Translations under genes and position numbers: made by a program
Notes under the pieces: generated by a model
Told to the model about the DNA's origin: nothing
The model's input: only the letters and a program-made list of their open reading frames with translations
Database searches by the model: none
Source: the human T2T-CHM13v2.0 reference genome, Homo sapiens
DNA length: 64,000 nt
Assembly: GCF_009914755.1 (NCBI RefSeq)
Contig: NC_060927.1
Reading direction: 5' to 3' (one strand)
Shown here: one piece after another, positions 1-16,054 of the stretch
Numbering within the stretch: the first letter of the stretch is position 1
Layout: each line of letters begins with the position of its first letter

Positions 1-995
1 CTTGTCTTAAAGGTTAAGTGCCCTGACCTGAAGACAGTGTGAGCACAGGTGGAGGTGGCGACAGGAACATACAACCTCTGCCACAAGGCCAGGGCCTGCA
101 GTGGGAAAATTCTATGTAGCTTTTTTTTCTCTGAGAAGAAAGAGATTGCTTCCTCCCTTTCCCCTACCCCTTCCTCTGTCTCCAAGTTACTGAGGGAAAG
201 ATGTTAGACCACAGAGGGCCCACTCCTGAGAGGCATCCCCCTTCCTCCCCAGTTGGTTTCTGCTCTGGTTTCACCTCACCCCTGCCTCTCCCCTGTGTTC
301 AGGCAGGACCCAGCTTTGCATGGTTTCCTATGCATGGTTCAGAGCATGGTTTCTTAGAGTTTAGACATAACTGAAAACCAAATACCTACCGGGACTTACA
401 TATCTTCTCTAAAAATAGGAACAAATAAGGTAAAGCCAAGGGTAACATTAGTTCCCAAAGGGCTGTAACCGCCTTTTTAAGAACTTGCAGCTAGGACAGA
501 GGAGCTCATTTAAATATCCCTCCCTGTTTGGAATGGGGGGTTAGGGAATCAGCTGGGCCTGTTTTGGGGGACACTGTATTGCGCCTCTACGTCAGGGACA
601 CATGCAAGGGCTACAGCTGCGGCTGAGGGCCAGGGGCTGAGGCTGAGCCCACCGAGTGGGCGCCACTGCTGCCTGCCATCCTCAGACAGCATCAGCTTGG
701 CTGACATCTGGATGAGATGAGGCTCAGGAGCAAACCGAAGAAGCAAAATGACTGAAGGGGCGGCATGCAGTCTCAGTGTCTCGTGGGGGCAGGGGTTGGC
801 ATCTGGTATGAGCTGCCGTAAAACCCTCTCCTCTCGCACTTAGAGCTGCCTTCCCACAGCCTTCTCCCCCACCCTCCCACAGGTGTCCACTTGGGCCCCT
901 CCCCACACCAGAGGTACAGCCCTCATCACTTCTGAAGTCCAGAGGTATGCAGACCCTCCCCTCTCCCTAAACACTCTGCCCCTGTGTCCCCCCAG

Positions 996-1112
996 GGCCT
1001 GTGCTTTAACGGCAGTGCCTTCGTCTTGTACCTCTCTGCCGCTGTTGTAGATGCATCTTCCGTCTCCCCTGAGAGGGACAGTCACAACTTCAACAGCTGG
1101 GCGGCCTCATCG
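996..1112 (+). CDS. CMTM8: CMTM8 penultimate coding exon (117 nt, phase 0-0): GLCFNGSAFVLYLSAAVVDASSVSPERDSHNFNSWAASS
   Basis: Pyrimidine-rich acceptor ...tgtccccccag|GGC at 995/996 and donor TCG|gtgagt at 1112/1113. Hydrophobic MARVEL-type TM segment; peptide recognised as CMTM8. Confidence 0.95.
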
Positions 1113-1580
1113 GTGAGTAGCCCTCCATCCCCACATGATCCTCCTCTTCCCTCTCCAAGGCTTGCTTGGGATTGGGGAAGACAGAGTCATCTGCAGGAAA
1201 AAGCAGCGCTTGCAGTAGTGACAAATTAGCAATTGGCTTATTGATTTGAAAATATCTAAAACTGGCAGGGGGCAGAGGGCCCTCCTGGCCCGAAGTGGGA
1301 AAAGGCTGGGAGACTGCTTGAGTGAATGCCGAATGACTGGAACAAGATAAGTATTCAAGGGAGAAAAGCTGTTTAAAGCATGCTAAGAATAATTCTACTG
1401 CCTATAATTTAGTAAGTGGGGGAAGGTTGCAGAAAATGAACAGAATATAATTCCATTTAGTTTTTTTTAAGTGAAAATATTTGTTTATGCATTGAGAATG
1501 CCTAGAAAAATATATACCAGTAGAGGTTCCTTCTAGAGACTGGGATCGGGAAATGAGGGGAGTGGGACAAGAAACTTCTA

Positions 1581-1885
<305 letters not shown>

Positions 1886-2150
1886 TTACTTTTTAATTTA
1901 TATACTTCTGTTTGCATTTTTAAACCATAAGTGTGTATTATTTTTCTAATTAAAAAAAACTGGTATTAAGAATCTCTCTGAGATTGGCCTTAAAATAGCC
2001 CATCTCCAAAAGAAGCCTATCGGGGGAAGGAGGGAGGCAGTTAGACAGAAATGCCAAAATGATTATGTCAAAGCTGATTGATGGTACATGGGGGTTCATC
2101 ATATTCTTTACTTTTATTTCTGTTTGAAGATCTCTATTTAAAAGTAGATT

Positions 2151-2566
<416 letters not shown>

Positions 2567-3007
2567 TTAAGAAGGGCCTGCATTTTCCTCCTCCCTGTTC
2601 ACACCTCACATACCATGTGGGCTCATTGCTTACTCTGGCCCACTCGACTCATTTATGTGAACTGACACTGTAGCAATCCGAGATTGTACCCCGGACCTAG
2701 ATTGCCTGTGCTACATTAGAAATGATACACTTTCCTCAGATGCACTGCCGCCGTATTCACTCCTAAGTGAACTCCCTGAGGTTATTTGAGCAAAACTACA
2801 GGCTTTCAGATGTTCTCCGAAATAAAAACAGCATAACCAGAAATCATTTGAGAAGGATAGTAATTGAACCAATAAAGTAGTTTTAGATGGCAAAGCCTGG
2901 TATCAAGAAAAGGTAGTGAGTGGGTGATTCAATGGAGGTGAAATGATAACTTTTGCTAATTAGGATGTGCCCTAAACCCCACTTCTATTATGCTTTGTTT
3001 TCTCCAG

Positions 3008-3091
3008 TTCTTTGCCTTCCTGGTCACCATCTGCTACGCTGGAAATACATATTTCAGTTTTATAGCATGGAGATCCAGGACCATACAGTGA
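3008..3091 (+). CDS. CMTM8: CMTM8 last coding exon: FFAFLVTICYAGNTYFSFIAWRSRTIQ-stop
   Basis: Acceptor tttgttttctccag|TTC at 3007/3008, in frame with the previous exon; TGA at 3089-3091; last MARVEL TM helix. Confidence 0.95.
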   Translation, partial: FFAFLVTICYAGNTYFSFIAWRSRTIQ

Positions 3092-3460
3092 TTTACCATT
3101 TTGATAATTAAAAGGAAAAAAAAAGGAAGACTCTCACTGTAAAAACAGCTGTAGGTATAATGTATATTCCCAGAGAATTGTATTTAACTAATTAATGTTT
3201 TTTATATTCTTAAATTTGCTCACAAATTGTGGTTTGTTACAATTAAACTGGATACTTATTTGCAAAGTGTTGTAGCTTATAATGAACTCTTAAGTATCTT
3301 ATTAATGTATTAATGTCTTCATAGATCATATTTTCTTAGACAATGTTTAAATAGATAAATTGCTAATATTGAGAATGTGTCAAGTTTGTAAACCTAACTT
3401 TTAAGATGCCAGATTCTTTTTTGATTAAATGTTGCAAAATCCCAAGTAATGTTGTGTTTG
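3092..3460 (+). other. CMTM8: CMTM8 3' UTR and polyadenylation region
   Basis: AU-rich. ATTAAA at 3107-3112, 3242-3247 and 3424-3429; the last is followed by GU-rich gttgtgtttg (3451-3460), implying cleavage near 3445. Confidence 0.75.
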
Positions 3461-3856
3461 ATTGGAGAAAGGAGACCTACCTGTTGAAGCCAGAGGCTAG
3501 GCTGTCAAGGCTGGTGGGAGGCTGGGAAGTCTCCCTCTTCACAGGGCTGCATCGTATGATATTGTCAGGTGACACTTATCCATAGTCTTAGGGCAAAGAG
3601 GCGGGAGATTCATCTCCCCAATTCTGGGGATCATAGATCAGTGTTCATGATTTTCATATGCTAACAGGTTGCCCCAGAAAGCATCTATTCAGACCTGGCC
3701 TTGGACATCAGTGATAAGCTCATGGGAAGTTATGCTACTAAGTGCAGTGACTGACGTGCTTGTGATATTTTTTCTAATATGCATTATAAAAAAATATATA
3801 ACTATTAAAAGGATAAATATCTGAATATATTGAATATATCTTAAAATTATCTTGCT

Positions 3857-4508
<652 letters not shown>

Positions 4509-7249
4509 CTAATAATAAGACACTGCTGGACCAAAAGGTTTCAATATTCCAAATCTCCAGTGCAAAAATATTATAACATCATTATTAGATATTATCAGTT
4601 AAGGAGAAGAACTCACATCAGCAAGACAGTATGAACTTAGAGGAAGTGTTTTTAGATAGGACGGTTCTTGCTAGTACAGCAGTGTATCTTGGATGATTTT
4701 TCAATATGAGCTTTTGAAAAACAAAAAACCACAGAAACGTTAGTGTAGTTGATGAGCGTGAACAAAGCTGAAGCTGTGCGCTCTGTTGATATGACTCCCA
4801 TGGCCTCTGCCTCTTGATCTCTCACCTGTTTAGCAGTGCTGTTTTTTTCTGTTTGTGCTGGTTCTCTTTTTCTAATTCCATATCCAAGCTCTGATTACCC
4901 CTACATAGGAGAGTTGAGATTTCTTCAGTGTCTAGTCATACCCACCCCAGACCTTTGAAAGTACCAATGAAGAATGTTCTGGGGTTGTGGACTAGGCCCG
5001 CCCAAAGAGGTAGTGGGGAAGGAAGCTCCAAAAATGAGAGGTGAGTGTAGGGTATGGATGTGTGAGCAGGTGGTGTCGGGGGGCACACAAGGCCACTCTG
5101 TGCCCAAAATGTAGCAAGCCATGGAAGGCTGAACTTCCATAACACAGACCTGTAGGCAACTGGTGATGTGATCTTTGGGGAGCTGATTCCCAGTCATCAC
5201 TGATTTTGCAGAAAAGCTGAAATAACTAGTCACAGTTGGCATGCTCTGCCCTTCCGTCCAGCTCTCCCTCTCACACTCACCAAAGCATGTGCACCTTCCA
5301 CATACCCTGTGGGTTTTTCAAGTACTTTATGTTGCAAACAACACTCCATAAAAGTCAGAAAAAACAGTAACCTACAGAGGCCTGCTTCTGGAAACAGAAA
5401 GAAGCCTGCTTTTATGCTCCACGCAAGCATGTGTGTGTCATTTCTATAATCACGGCCACATTTATAGAACGTAACTTCTGGGGTGAAAAGTGCCGTAAAC
5501 CACACTCTGAAATGTCCTTCAAGTAGACTGTAATTTTAGTTCTTTCTTGAACTGGTAGCACCAAAGGCATCTGTTTCAAAAGAGCAATGCCTAGTTTGTG
5601 TCCATGCAGGGGCACTTGCTGTCTTGTCTTTATTGGTGTTTCTTCAGAAGCATGATCCTTTATGTTACCCTGAGAGTTCACTAAAACAATAACAGCAAAA
5701 AGCATTTATTTTTCACTGAAAAGAAATTATTATTTCATCTTTTGAATACTGAGACTTCGTTCATGAATAAGCTTTAAGTGTAGGTTTTTAGACAACAAAA
5801 TGATTCTCTGTTGTTCAGATTGGAGCTGTAAGTTGTGAATTGGGTTTGCTTTAATTTTTTTCTCTTAAAAAACAAGAGAAAACAAAGCCACACACAATAC
5901 AGTCAACATAAAAATAGGTTTCTGGGGGCTTGAAAAATATTATTACAGGGATAGTGTACAAGGTACTTAAACTCATCTCTGCCATCTGCGCTTGCCATCT
6001 GCATTCACCTCTCAGCCATTCCAAAACCTTCACGTCCTCTTTGGTGGAGCAGAGTGAGTTTTTAACTTGATATATTTACCCACTCATGGCAAATCAATAA
6101 AGTGCTTTAGGCAATTAATCTCTCTTTATTGCTATTTCCAACTTACTGCTCCCAAAAGATAAATATTTGGCCAACCTTTGAAAACTACAAGAAAATCTAG
6201 AGAAGAGGATGTTCGATATCAGTATTTATTTTTTATTTTTAAGTTGCTCCCTTCATAGGAAAATCCCTTCGGGGCATCAGCACACAAAAGATTATAAATA
6301 CATGAAATATCTCTGTAATAGAAGGTAGACGTTTAGAAATGCTAACTGAAGATGCAGCCCTGGGTAGAAAATCAACTTAAAGTCCATATTTTTGTTTTCT
6401 AGACAATTATTATTTTGAAAAGATGAGTTTTCACAGAAAAAATTGGTTTTATTGAAATTTAATTGAAAAGATAAATTTTCACCGAAAAAAATCTGGACAT
6501 ATGATACATGCAAGCACATGCGCGCACACACACAAGCACACACACTCTGAAAGGTGGCAGCCTGAGCGTTTGTTAACTTGGCTGCACATTAATGTTCTGC
6601 TGGCAACATCTGCTGCCAAATGTGAATCGTAAGCAGACAGCTGTGAAGGAAGGTAAGATAACTTCCAGTGTTGATGATGACCTAGAATAATGGGGAAGAT
6701 TATAATGCATGTTGTTATAAGTTGGGGGGTATATAAACTTGGGTTCTTGGTATATGTAAAAGAAGATAGGGTTTGGGAGAAAGTGCTTGGCATCACAGAG
6801 TGATGACTTTTCAGAAACTTAGGAAGGTAAGTGGGAAGAAAGGTGCTGATTAAAAAGATATTCCATCTGGAAGATATGTTTTGAGAAAACTTTCCTATCT
6901 ATGGCAGAATTGTTTTTGCTAGAATATTCAGAATAGCTAAATGAACCCAGGGCATAGGGAACCTTGTGGCTGCCTCCCCAGCATCTTTTCTTCCTCCTCA
7001 TATTCTCAAACTGCCCTAGTTTTTATTCAGTATCCAGACCACCCTCTTATAGCCCCAGTGTTTTGTGAGAGGCCGACTCCATTAGGACTCTAGGAATGGA
7101 GCCTACGGCTCTGCCTCAGCTCATCAGCATGAGACCACCCTCCTCCTCCACCACAGTGATTGGTTCAGAGATGGTCATGTGACCCATGGCTTGCTTGGGA
7201 GTTCTGGGAAAGAGGCATGCTGTGTACGTGTGTGTTATCTAATATACAT

Positions 7250-7440
7250 TGACCCTTTATGCCAGGCACTGTACTAAAGGGCTTTCCATCTATTATCTCA
7301 TTTAACTCTCAGAAGGGGAACCCTGCGCAGTAGATACTAGATTATCCTCACTTTACAGAGGAGGAAACTGAGGTACAAAGAGGTTAAGCAATTTTATAAA
7401 ATGTTATAAAAGTCATCTAGCTAGCAAGTGTGGAGAGCAA
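7250..7440 (-). mobile_element. MIR fragment
   Basis: MIR core ctttacagaggaggaaactgaggtacaaagaggttaag. Confidence 0.7.
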
Positions 7441-7600
7441 GCATATTAACTGCTGGTGTTAATGTATTATGTATTTAAAGCACCTGGCACACAATTGGTG
7501 CTCAATAAATGATTTCCCTTCTTTTTTTAATGTTTTAATTGACAATAATTGCATGTATTTTGTGGTTATAATGTTATGTGGCTTTGGGGGGTTTTCTTAC

Positions 7601-7912
7601 TTTTTATTTATTTATTTATATTTTTTGAGACAGGGTCTCACTCTGTTACCCAGAGTACAGTGGCACAATAATAGGCTCACTGCAGCCTCAACCTCCAGGG
7701 CTCAAGCAATCCTCTCACCTCAGCCTAGCTGGGACCACTGAGACCACAGTCGTCTACTACCAACCAACCACACCTGGTTAATTTTTTATTTTTTTCATAG
7801 ACATGAGGTGTCACTACATTGCCCAGGCTGGTCTCGAACTCCTGAGCTTAAACGATCTTTGTGCCTCAGCCTCCCAAAGTGCTGGGATTACAGGCATGAG
7901 CTGTGCCTGGCC
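7601..7912 (-). mobile_element. Alu (AluJ-like)
   Basis: Reverse dimer with (TTTA)n tail. Confidence 0.88.
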
Positions 7913-7970
7913 ACAATGTGATGTTTTGATTTTTGTATACATTGTGGAATTATTAAATCCGTGCTTACTC

Positions 7971-8270
7971 TTTTTTTTTTTCTTCTTCTTCTTCTTCTTT
8001 TGAGACAGGGTCTCACTCTGTCACCCAGGCTGGAGTTGCAGTGGCAGAATCACGGCTCATTGAAGCCTAGACTTCCCGGGACTCAGATGATCCTCCCACC
8101 TCAGCTTCCCGACTAGCTGGGGCTACAGGCATGTGTCACCACGCCTGGCTAATTTTGTATTTTCTGTAGAAACAGGGTTTCGCTGGTCTCAACCTCTCAG
8201 ACTCAAGCGATCCACCTGCCTCTGCCTCCCAAAGCGCTAGGATTACAGATGAGAGCCACTGCCCCTGGCC
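7971..8270 (-). mobile_element. Alu (AluJ-like)
   Basis: Reverse dimer with T/(TTC)n tail. Confidence 0.88.
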
Positions 8271-9039
8271 TGCAGCTCTTTTGATGGAACTCTTAGAAGC
8301 AACAGTCCTCTCCTTGGGTGAGAAAATATGTAGCCAGGAAGTCGTTTGTAAAAATTTTGTGACCACAAGGGGGAGCCAGTCATAGGATAACAGTAACGAA
8401 GAGTTAAGAGGTGGAAAGAAACTTCATCAATGATAACATCATTGAACCATTGAATCAATTCAGCCCTGAATGCTACCAAGCTCTGACTTTGCAATTACAT
8501 GAGCAATTCTGCCCACTTAAACTAATTTCCATTACTTGCAACAACAGGCATCATAACCATTACACAGGACATCCTGGCAAACACCTTTCAAGCAAGTCAC
8601 CACAAGGGCCTGTATAGACGGTAGTGATGATGAGAGGAGCCAACTTTAGCACCAATGCTATTTAGCAGTAGAAGGGTAGAAAAAGGGAAATTTTGAAAGC
8701 CCATTTGACAGTGACTCGGGCCTTCCTAAAGTTATTGCTGAAGGTGGCAATAGCGTGGGAAAATCCTAGAAAAAGAAAGAGCTGGGAGGATGGGTACTCA
8801 AAGGAGTACCGCATGACCTATCTTTGGCCATTGCAATAGGAAAGCTGAGTGTGGAGGAGGAACATGAACCATCTGGCCTCCAGCCATTTTAACTTAGGAG
8901 AATTCCACCGTGTTGTCGTAAAGGCAAATAGTCACTGGAGAGGTGGCTTCTCTCTCTCTAGGTAAGTTGAGCATTAAGTGCCAAAGAACGTTGAGAATGA
9001 GGACTAGACCTAAACTCTTGGCATTTAGGAAAAAGAACT

Positions 9040-9760
9040 TAGATATCACATATGGTGCAATTAAATCCACAATGAGATACTACTTCACACCCTCTAGAAG
9101 GGGTAAATTAAAAAAAAAAAATACCAGGTGTTGGCGAGGTTATGCAGCATCTGGAATTTTTATACACCGCTGGTGGGAGTGTAAAATGGTATAATTACTT
9201 ACAAAGTTAAACAATACTTGTAACCCAGCAATTCCAGTCCTAGATATCCACCCATGAGAAATATATCCACAAAAAGATTGAGCAAGAATATGCATAGCAG
9301 CTGTATTCATAGTTGCCCCAAACTGGAAACAACCCAAATGGCTATCAAATGGTGAATGAATACATTGTGTATCTCTACAATGGAATACTGCTCAGCAATA
9401 AAAGGGAACAAACTACTGATATAGGCAACAATGTGGATGAATCACCAAAACGTTATGCTGAATAAAAGAAGCCAGACCAAAAAAAATCATTTGATTCTAT
9501 TTATATGAAACCCTAGAAAAGGCAAAACAAAGCTATAGTGACAGGAAGCAGATCAGTGGTTGCCTGGAAATAGGGCTGGAGCAGTTGGCTTACAAAGAGG
9601 CACACGGAGATGTTCTGAGGTGACAGGAATATTCTACATCTTGATTGTGGTGGGGATTGCATGGGTGTATACATTTGTCAAAACTCACAAACTATTCACG
9701 TAAAATGGGTGTATTTTAATATACATTATAGCTTGATAAAGTTGATTTTAAAAGAAAAAA
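9040..9760 (+). mobile_element. Old L1 (L1MB/MC-like) 3' fragment
   Basis: ORF2 C-terminal remnant (TMRYYFTP, WWECKMV) plus L1M 3' UTR. Confidence 0.85.
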
Positions 9761-10342
9761 AGTGGAATATTTAAAAATGTCCACTCTTGCCCTTCTCCCA
9801 TCTGCCATGCTGTTGAATTGTTTATTACCTCCTATATCCCATCTGGTTTGTGATCTTTTGGAGAGTTGGGAAGGTGAGGTTTCATCCCCGTCTTCCCTCT
9901 GGAGCTCAGCACAGTGCCTGGAATGTAGTATGTGTTCAATTAAATGTCTACTGTAGTGAAAAGACTGGGAAGTTAATGAAGAGTCCTAGAACACCGTGAA
10001 GGGTGAGTTAGAAGACAATAGAGGTAAACCAATAGAGAGGGCAAGCTTAAGAGAGGTCTGTGAAATGAGAGCTGTGGGGATGGGAGACTGCCAGGAGATG
10101 CAGGAGGCTACAGCTGGGTGATGAGGCCAGCAGGGACCTGGAAGTGAAGAGCTGAATCTGTGGATGCATCTGTGTTACCCAGAAATGATTGTCAGAACAG
10201 TGCTTGATAAATAGCAGCTACCAGGTGGCTAATGAACTGGGTACCTGGGAAAACACACAACCAGTACATAGGTTTCTAGAACATAGAAATGACTGTTTAT
10301 GAGCTGTGGGGCCTAATAACCTCCAACCATTTAATGATACGG

Positions 10343-10421
10343 TACTAGGTTTAGCCATGTGAAATGGTCACTATTAGACTCTGTCCTACAAAAATGGCAA
10401 TTTCATACAATTCGACCTACA
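10343..10421. mobile_element. MADE2-like mariner MITE (about 80 bp)
   Basis: Imperfect TIRs taggtttagccatgtgaaatgg ... gcaatttcatacaattcgaccta, resembling the MADE2 consensus as I recall it. Confidence 0.7.
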
Positions 10422-10474
10422 ACTTTATACTTGAGTTTCACACATAATATTAGTTGATCCTCAATCTTTGCCCT

Positions 10475-10871
<397 letters not shown>

Positions 10872-12115
10872 TTAGAATAGCTTGGGCTGGCACTGAGATT
10901 TTCTCACTCCATCCCAACTCCTCCAGCCTAGTTTACTGAAAACATCTGGACTGTGAGGAAAGGAACCAGGTGAAAACTGCAAGGTGTGGGGATAAGGTAG
11001 TACATTTCCAGAAATCTATTTGGCATTATATATGAAAAGCCGTATATATGTTTGTTCCCTTGATTTGGGGATGTATCTCTTAGGAGTTTAAGATTCATGC
11101 ACAAAAATGTTAATCCTGTCTTTAATCCAGGGAAAACAACTGGAGTCAGCCTAAAACCCTAACAGTAGGAGAAAGCCGAAGTAAGTACTTACATCTACTC
11201 AATGAGCCTTTAGAAATTAATGTACTCCCAATATCCCCTCCCAAGATTATTCAGAATCAGAATCGGCTAACACCATTATTAATGACTCCACTTTGTATTT
11301 TTAACAGATACACTTCTCAAGCTGTGCTGAACTGTGGTTGCTAGATTGGTCATTAAATCGAAGATCAGTTAACATGTTGTCTTTCTAAAAATACGTGATG
11401 GAGAAAAGTTGTGCACACAAAAATATCAGTGGCACTGAAAACTGTTTACAAGGAGTTTTTAGTAGAAAATGTTTATGGTGTAACTTTGAATTTACAAAAG
11501 GCAGAGCAAACTTGAGTAGTAAAGAGTGGCAGGATCGCAAGGTGATTTTTTATTTTGTTTTTCTGTATTTCTCCCAATTTTCTCCAGTAAGCATAAAATA
11601 CATTCATAATCTGGAAATAAATATTTTTAACTAAAAGACAAGATAAAGCAGTAGTCTTAGTAGGTTGAAACAATCAGTATCCTATTTGTGGAAAAATTAA
11701 AATCTTCCAGCCTCTTTGCAAAGACAAACAAGCAGCCTGGGCAATTGCATGAGGACCACTGAGGGGACTGCACCTGTTGCCTTTGCCTTTTTTTCGGCAG
11801 GAAGTATAGTCAGCTTTGGTCATCATTTATCTCATTTATGAAAGATTTCATGGATAAAGTAAGAAAGAGAGTCTGCCTGCCTGCAAATCACTCATTTACA
11901 AATTTTGAATAACAAGATTATTGTGAAAATTTACATCTGTATACTTACTTATAGTAGGAAAAAAAAAAAACTATGAGAATTTACATTTGTATTTCTAGCC
12001 TACATGGAGAGAAGTTCTTGCATTCACACTATTCTGCTGTCTTACACAATTCCAGAACATTCGTTCACCATACTTAGAGAAGGTATAACATGTAATAGTC
12101 TTCTGTGATTTCTTA

Positions 12116-12416
<301 letters not shown>

Positions 12417-12669
12417 TCATAGATTTATAGGCTCTTTCCTCACTGTCCAGACTGACAGTACAGTCTGTCTTTTATGATCGTACATCTCCCCTCTGCAGCA
12501 GCCTAACCCCTTCTAATGAAGTGTTCTTAATTTTCACTAGACTCGTTGGAATGGTATATAAAATGAGAGCCGGCGCAGGCTGAAGGGCAGCCTCTCCTAC
12601 AAGTTAAGGGCATGATCCTTAATGCTTGAGCACTTAAACTTGGTCTTAACTAAACGTTTAAGTTTAGAG

Positions 12670-13475
12670 AGAAAATATTAGCAAAGTGCAAATCTAATAA
12701 GGGGGTAAATATAATAAAATATATAAGGAACTCAAGAAAAAAACAACACAGTTTTAAAACGGGCAAAGCACCCGAACAGACATTTCTCAAAAGAAGATAT
12801 ACAAATGGCCAACAGGTATATGAAAAAATGCTCAACATCACTAATCATCAAGGAAATGCAAATCAAAACCACAATTGGGTATCGCCTCTCACTTACTAGA
12901 ACAGCCATTCTCAAAAAAGATAAGCATTGGGAAGGATAAGGAGAAAAGGGAACCTTGCACGCTTGGTGGAAATGTAAATTAGTCCAGCCATTACGGAGAA
13001 CAGTACGGAAGTTCCTCAAAAAGTTAAAAATAGAACAACCCTATGATCCAACAATCCCACTTCTAGGTATATACCCAAAGGAAAATAACTCAGCATGTCA
13101 AAGAGGTATCTGCACTTTCGTGTTCATTGCAGCATTATTCACAATAACCGAGAAGTGGAAGCAACCTAAATGTCCATCAACAGACAAAGGGATAAAGAAA
13201 ATGTGGGCATACAATGGAATGCTGTTCGGCTTAAAAAAAAGAAGGAAATCCTGTCATTTGCAACAACAAGGATGAACCTGGATGACATTATGCTAAGTGA
13301 AATGTCAGGCACCAGAAAGACAAATACCGCAGGATCTCACTTATATGCGGAATCTAAAGAAGTCACACTCCATAGAAGCAGAATAGAACGGTGGTTGCCA
13401 GAGCCTGATGGGAGAAGAGAGGAATGTTGGTCAAAGGGCACCAAGCTTCAGATAGACAGGGGGAAAAAAGTTGAA
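12670..13475 (+). mobile_element. L1 (L1MA-like) ORF2 end and 3' UTR
   Basis: Translates to WWKCKLVQPL...LKIEQPYDPTIPLLGIYPKE, typical of the L1 ORF2 C-terminus. Confidence 0.9.
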
Positions 13476-13709
13476 GCCTTGGTTAAAAGGCTTTTATTTT
13501 TCGTGCTTGTTTCCTTTTTATTGTTACTATAACGTTTACAGTTTTTAAATATATTTACATTCAGAAATAAGGCAAAGAGGTATCCCCAAGTTTTAAGGAT
13601 AAAAACAGTTTTTAATTTTTGAAGAAATGCTTTTGATATTTTGAGAATGGTCAAGAGATTTGTCTTCTGAAAGAATTATTTATTGGTTCTGAATGCAAAA
13701 CATAAATGG

Positions 13710-14108
13710 TGTATTCGTTTGCTGGGGCTGCCATAACACAATACCACAGACTGGGTGGCTTAATCAACAGAAATCTATTTTCTCACACTTCTGACTAGAA
13801 GCCCAAGATCAAGGTGTCGGCGGATTGAGTTTCTTCTGAGGCCTCGCTCCTTGGCTTGTAGATGGCCACCGTCTCACTGTGTCCTCACTTAGTCACCTTC
13901 TCACTGTGTCACCTGTTCCTAATCTCCTCTTCTTACAAAGACACCAGTCATATTGAATTAGGGCACACCTTACCAACCTCATTCTAACTTAATTACCTAT
14001 TTAAAGGCCCTGTCCCCAAATACAGTCATATTCCGAGGTACTGAAGGTTTGGACTTCAGCATATGAATTTGGTGGGGGGCCAGGGGAGGCATAATTCAGC
14101 CCATAACA
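13710..14108 (-). mobile_element. MaLR solo LTR (MLT1A/B-like)
   Basis: TG...CA termini; 5-bp TSD aatgg at 13705-13709 and 14109-14113; MLT1 motifs. Confidence 0.88.
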
Positions 14109-15388
14109 AATGGCAATGCTTTTTTCTCCCCAGATAAATGTATTTTCCCTCTGTCTCTGTCTGTCTCCCTGTCTCTCTGTCTCCACTTTTTTCTCTCCTT
14201 TCTCTGCTGGTAGCTTCATAAAGAAGTACCAGTTCTGGCAGAAAGCATTAGCACAAAGACTAATGATGCCCCACACTTGTGTGGTGTTCGATGGCCTTTC
14301 TCAACATTTCAAACCCATTTCTGGGTGAACATTTCACAAATGCAATCACTGAGGTCCGGACAATGTCACTTGCAGGCAGACCAGCAACTGGAGTCCCATT
14401 TGCTTATTCCAGAGGTCGAGAAAAGCCAAACTGGCCTTAACGCAGACCTTCTCACTGCTTAAGGAATTAGGGGCTCCTCCCCTTGTCCCATCCTTTCTAC
14501 GGGTACAGCCAAAAGCATGAGGAAGCAACCCACCTGCAAGTTATAACCAATAGAGAGCACTCACAAAGCGGAATGTCCACAGGGAGGCCACAGTCTGTCT
14601 ACCTGGGGAGATATGGCAAATAATCACACAGGAAGTTATCAGAAAATGAGAGTCGACTGTCTAAAGCTTCACTGCCTGATCCATCAAATGTCACCATTCC
14701 CTCACTGGCCAATGTCAAACCTTCTCTTTTTGTCAATCATGTCGAAGCACACAAACATCAGTGCTGGTTGACAGTCAACTTTATGGTGGTTTTTCTAGAG
14801 ATACATTGTGGGGAGATGGGGTAATGCAGGGACCACCTGTGCAATTCAGCACCAAATTATCTCTTGCCGGCTGGAACTAAGTACAAGTGGCCACAGCCAG
14901 GAAATAATTGTTAGCAAATTTTATTGTCCACCCGCAACTGTGCACAGAGCTCTGTTTTGGGAACCTGACGGGATATCGGACAATGCACGTAAGCTGGGCG
15001 AGGGCGACGCAAAAGAGGGTGGGACTAAGCCAAGGGCAACCCAGAGGGGTGTTTTGTTTTGGTTTGTTTTGTTTTGCTAGATTCTTGCTCAAAGTGCTGT
15101 TTGCACTTGTCTGCCAATGCTCCCAACATGCCAAGCCCAACCACTTTCATCCCAGCCTATTTCAGAGGCCACTAACAGGAACCAAATACCTGAATAAGTA
15201 TAATTTCATTTAGTCCTTAGCCCAATGAGGTAAGCTATGTGAACCCCATTTTGCAGATGTGGAGACTGATGTGCAGAATGGCTCTGAGGCCCCTAAATTC
15301 CAATCCAGGTCTTCTAAATCTGAATCCAGTGCTCTTTCCACTTTTTTTCTTGAATTCCCAGATGTTTCCTCTAATGTATTCCCCCCCT

Positions 15389-15697
<309 letters not shown>

Positions 15698-16054
15698 GTT
15701 CCCCACTTTTAAGTAGACGGTTATTCTGCTTGCTCAACAGATAATGCAGACTGAGCTTTCATGTTTAGAGTAAGAATTTAATAGAAGAGTGAAGTTGATC
15801 TTCCCTGTTTAATGACAGTCACAATTATTTGTGGGCTGCATAGCAATTAAGCATAACGAAGTAGTAAACAGGTCTCCCCCTGTCTAATTTAAAAATTATA
15901 AAGCTCCACTACTGCATACCAGGCATTGTGATTGGTGCTGAGGATGTCAGGATGAAGGCCAAGAAGAGCCTGCACACTTTAGAAGACTTAGTATGTGCCA
16001 GGCACTGTGCTGAGGACTTTCCATGCCTTAATTTATTGAATCCTCACAGAAGGC

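Noticed and set aside
12955-13275. ORF resembling the C-terminus of a reverse-transcriptase protein
   Set aside because: Decayed L1 ORF2 remnant, not a gene.
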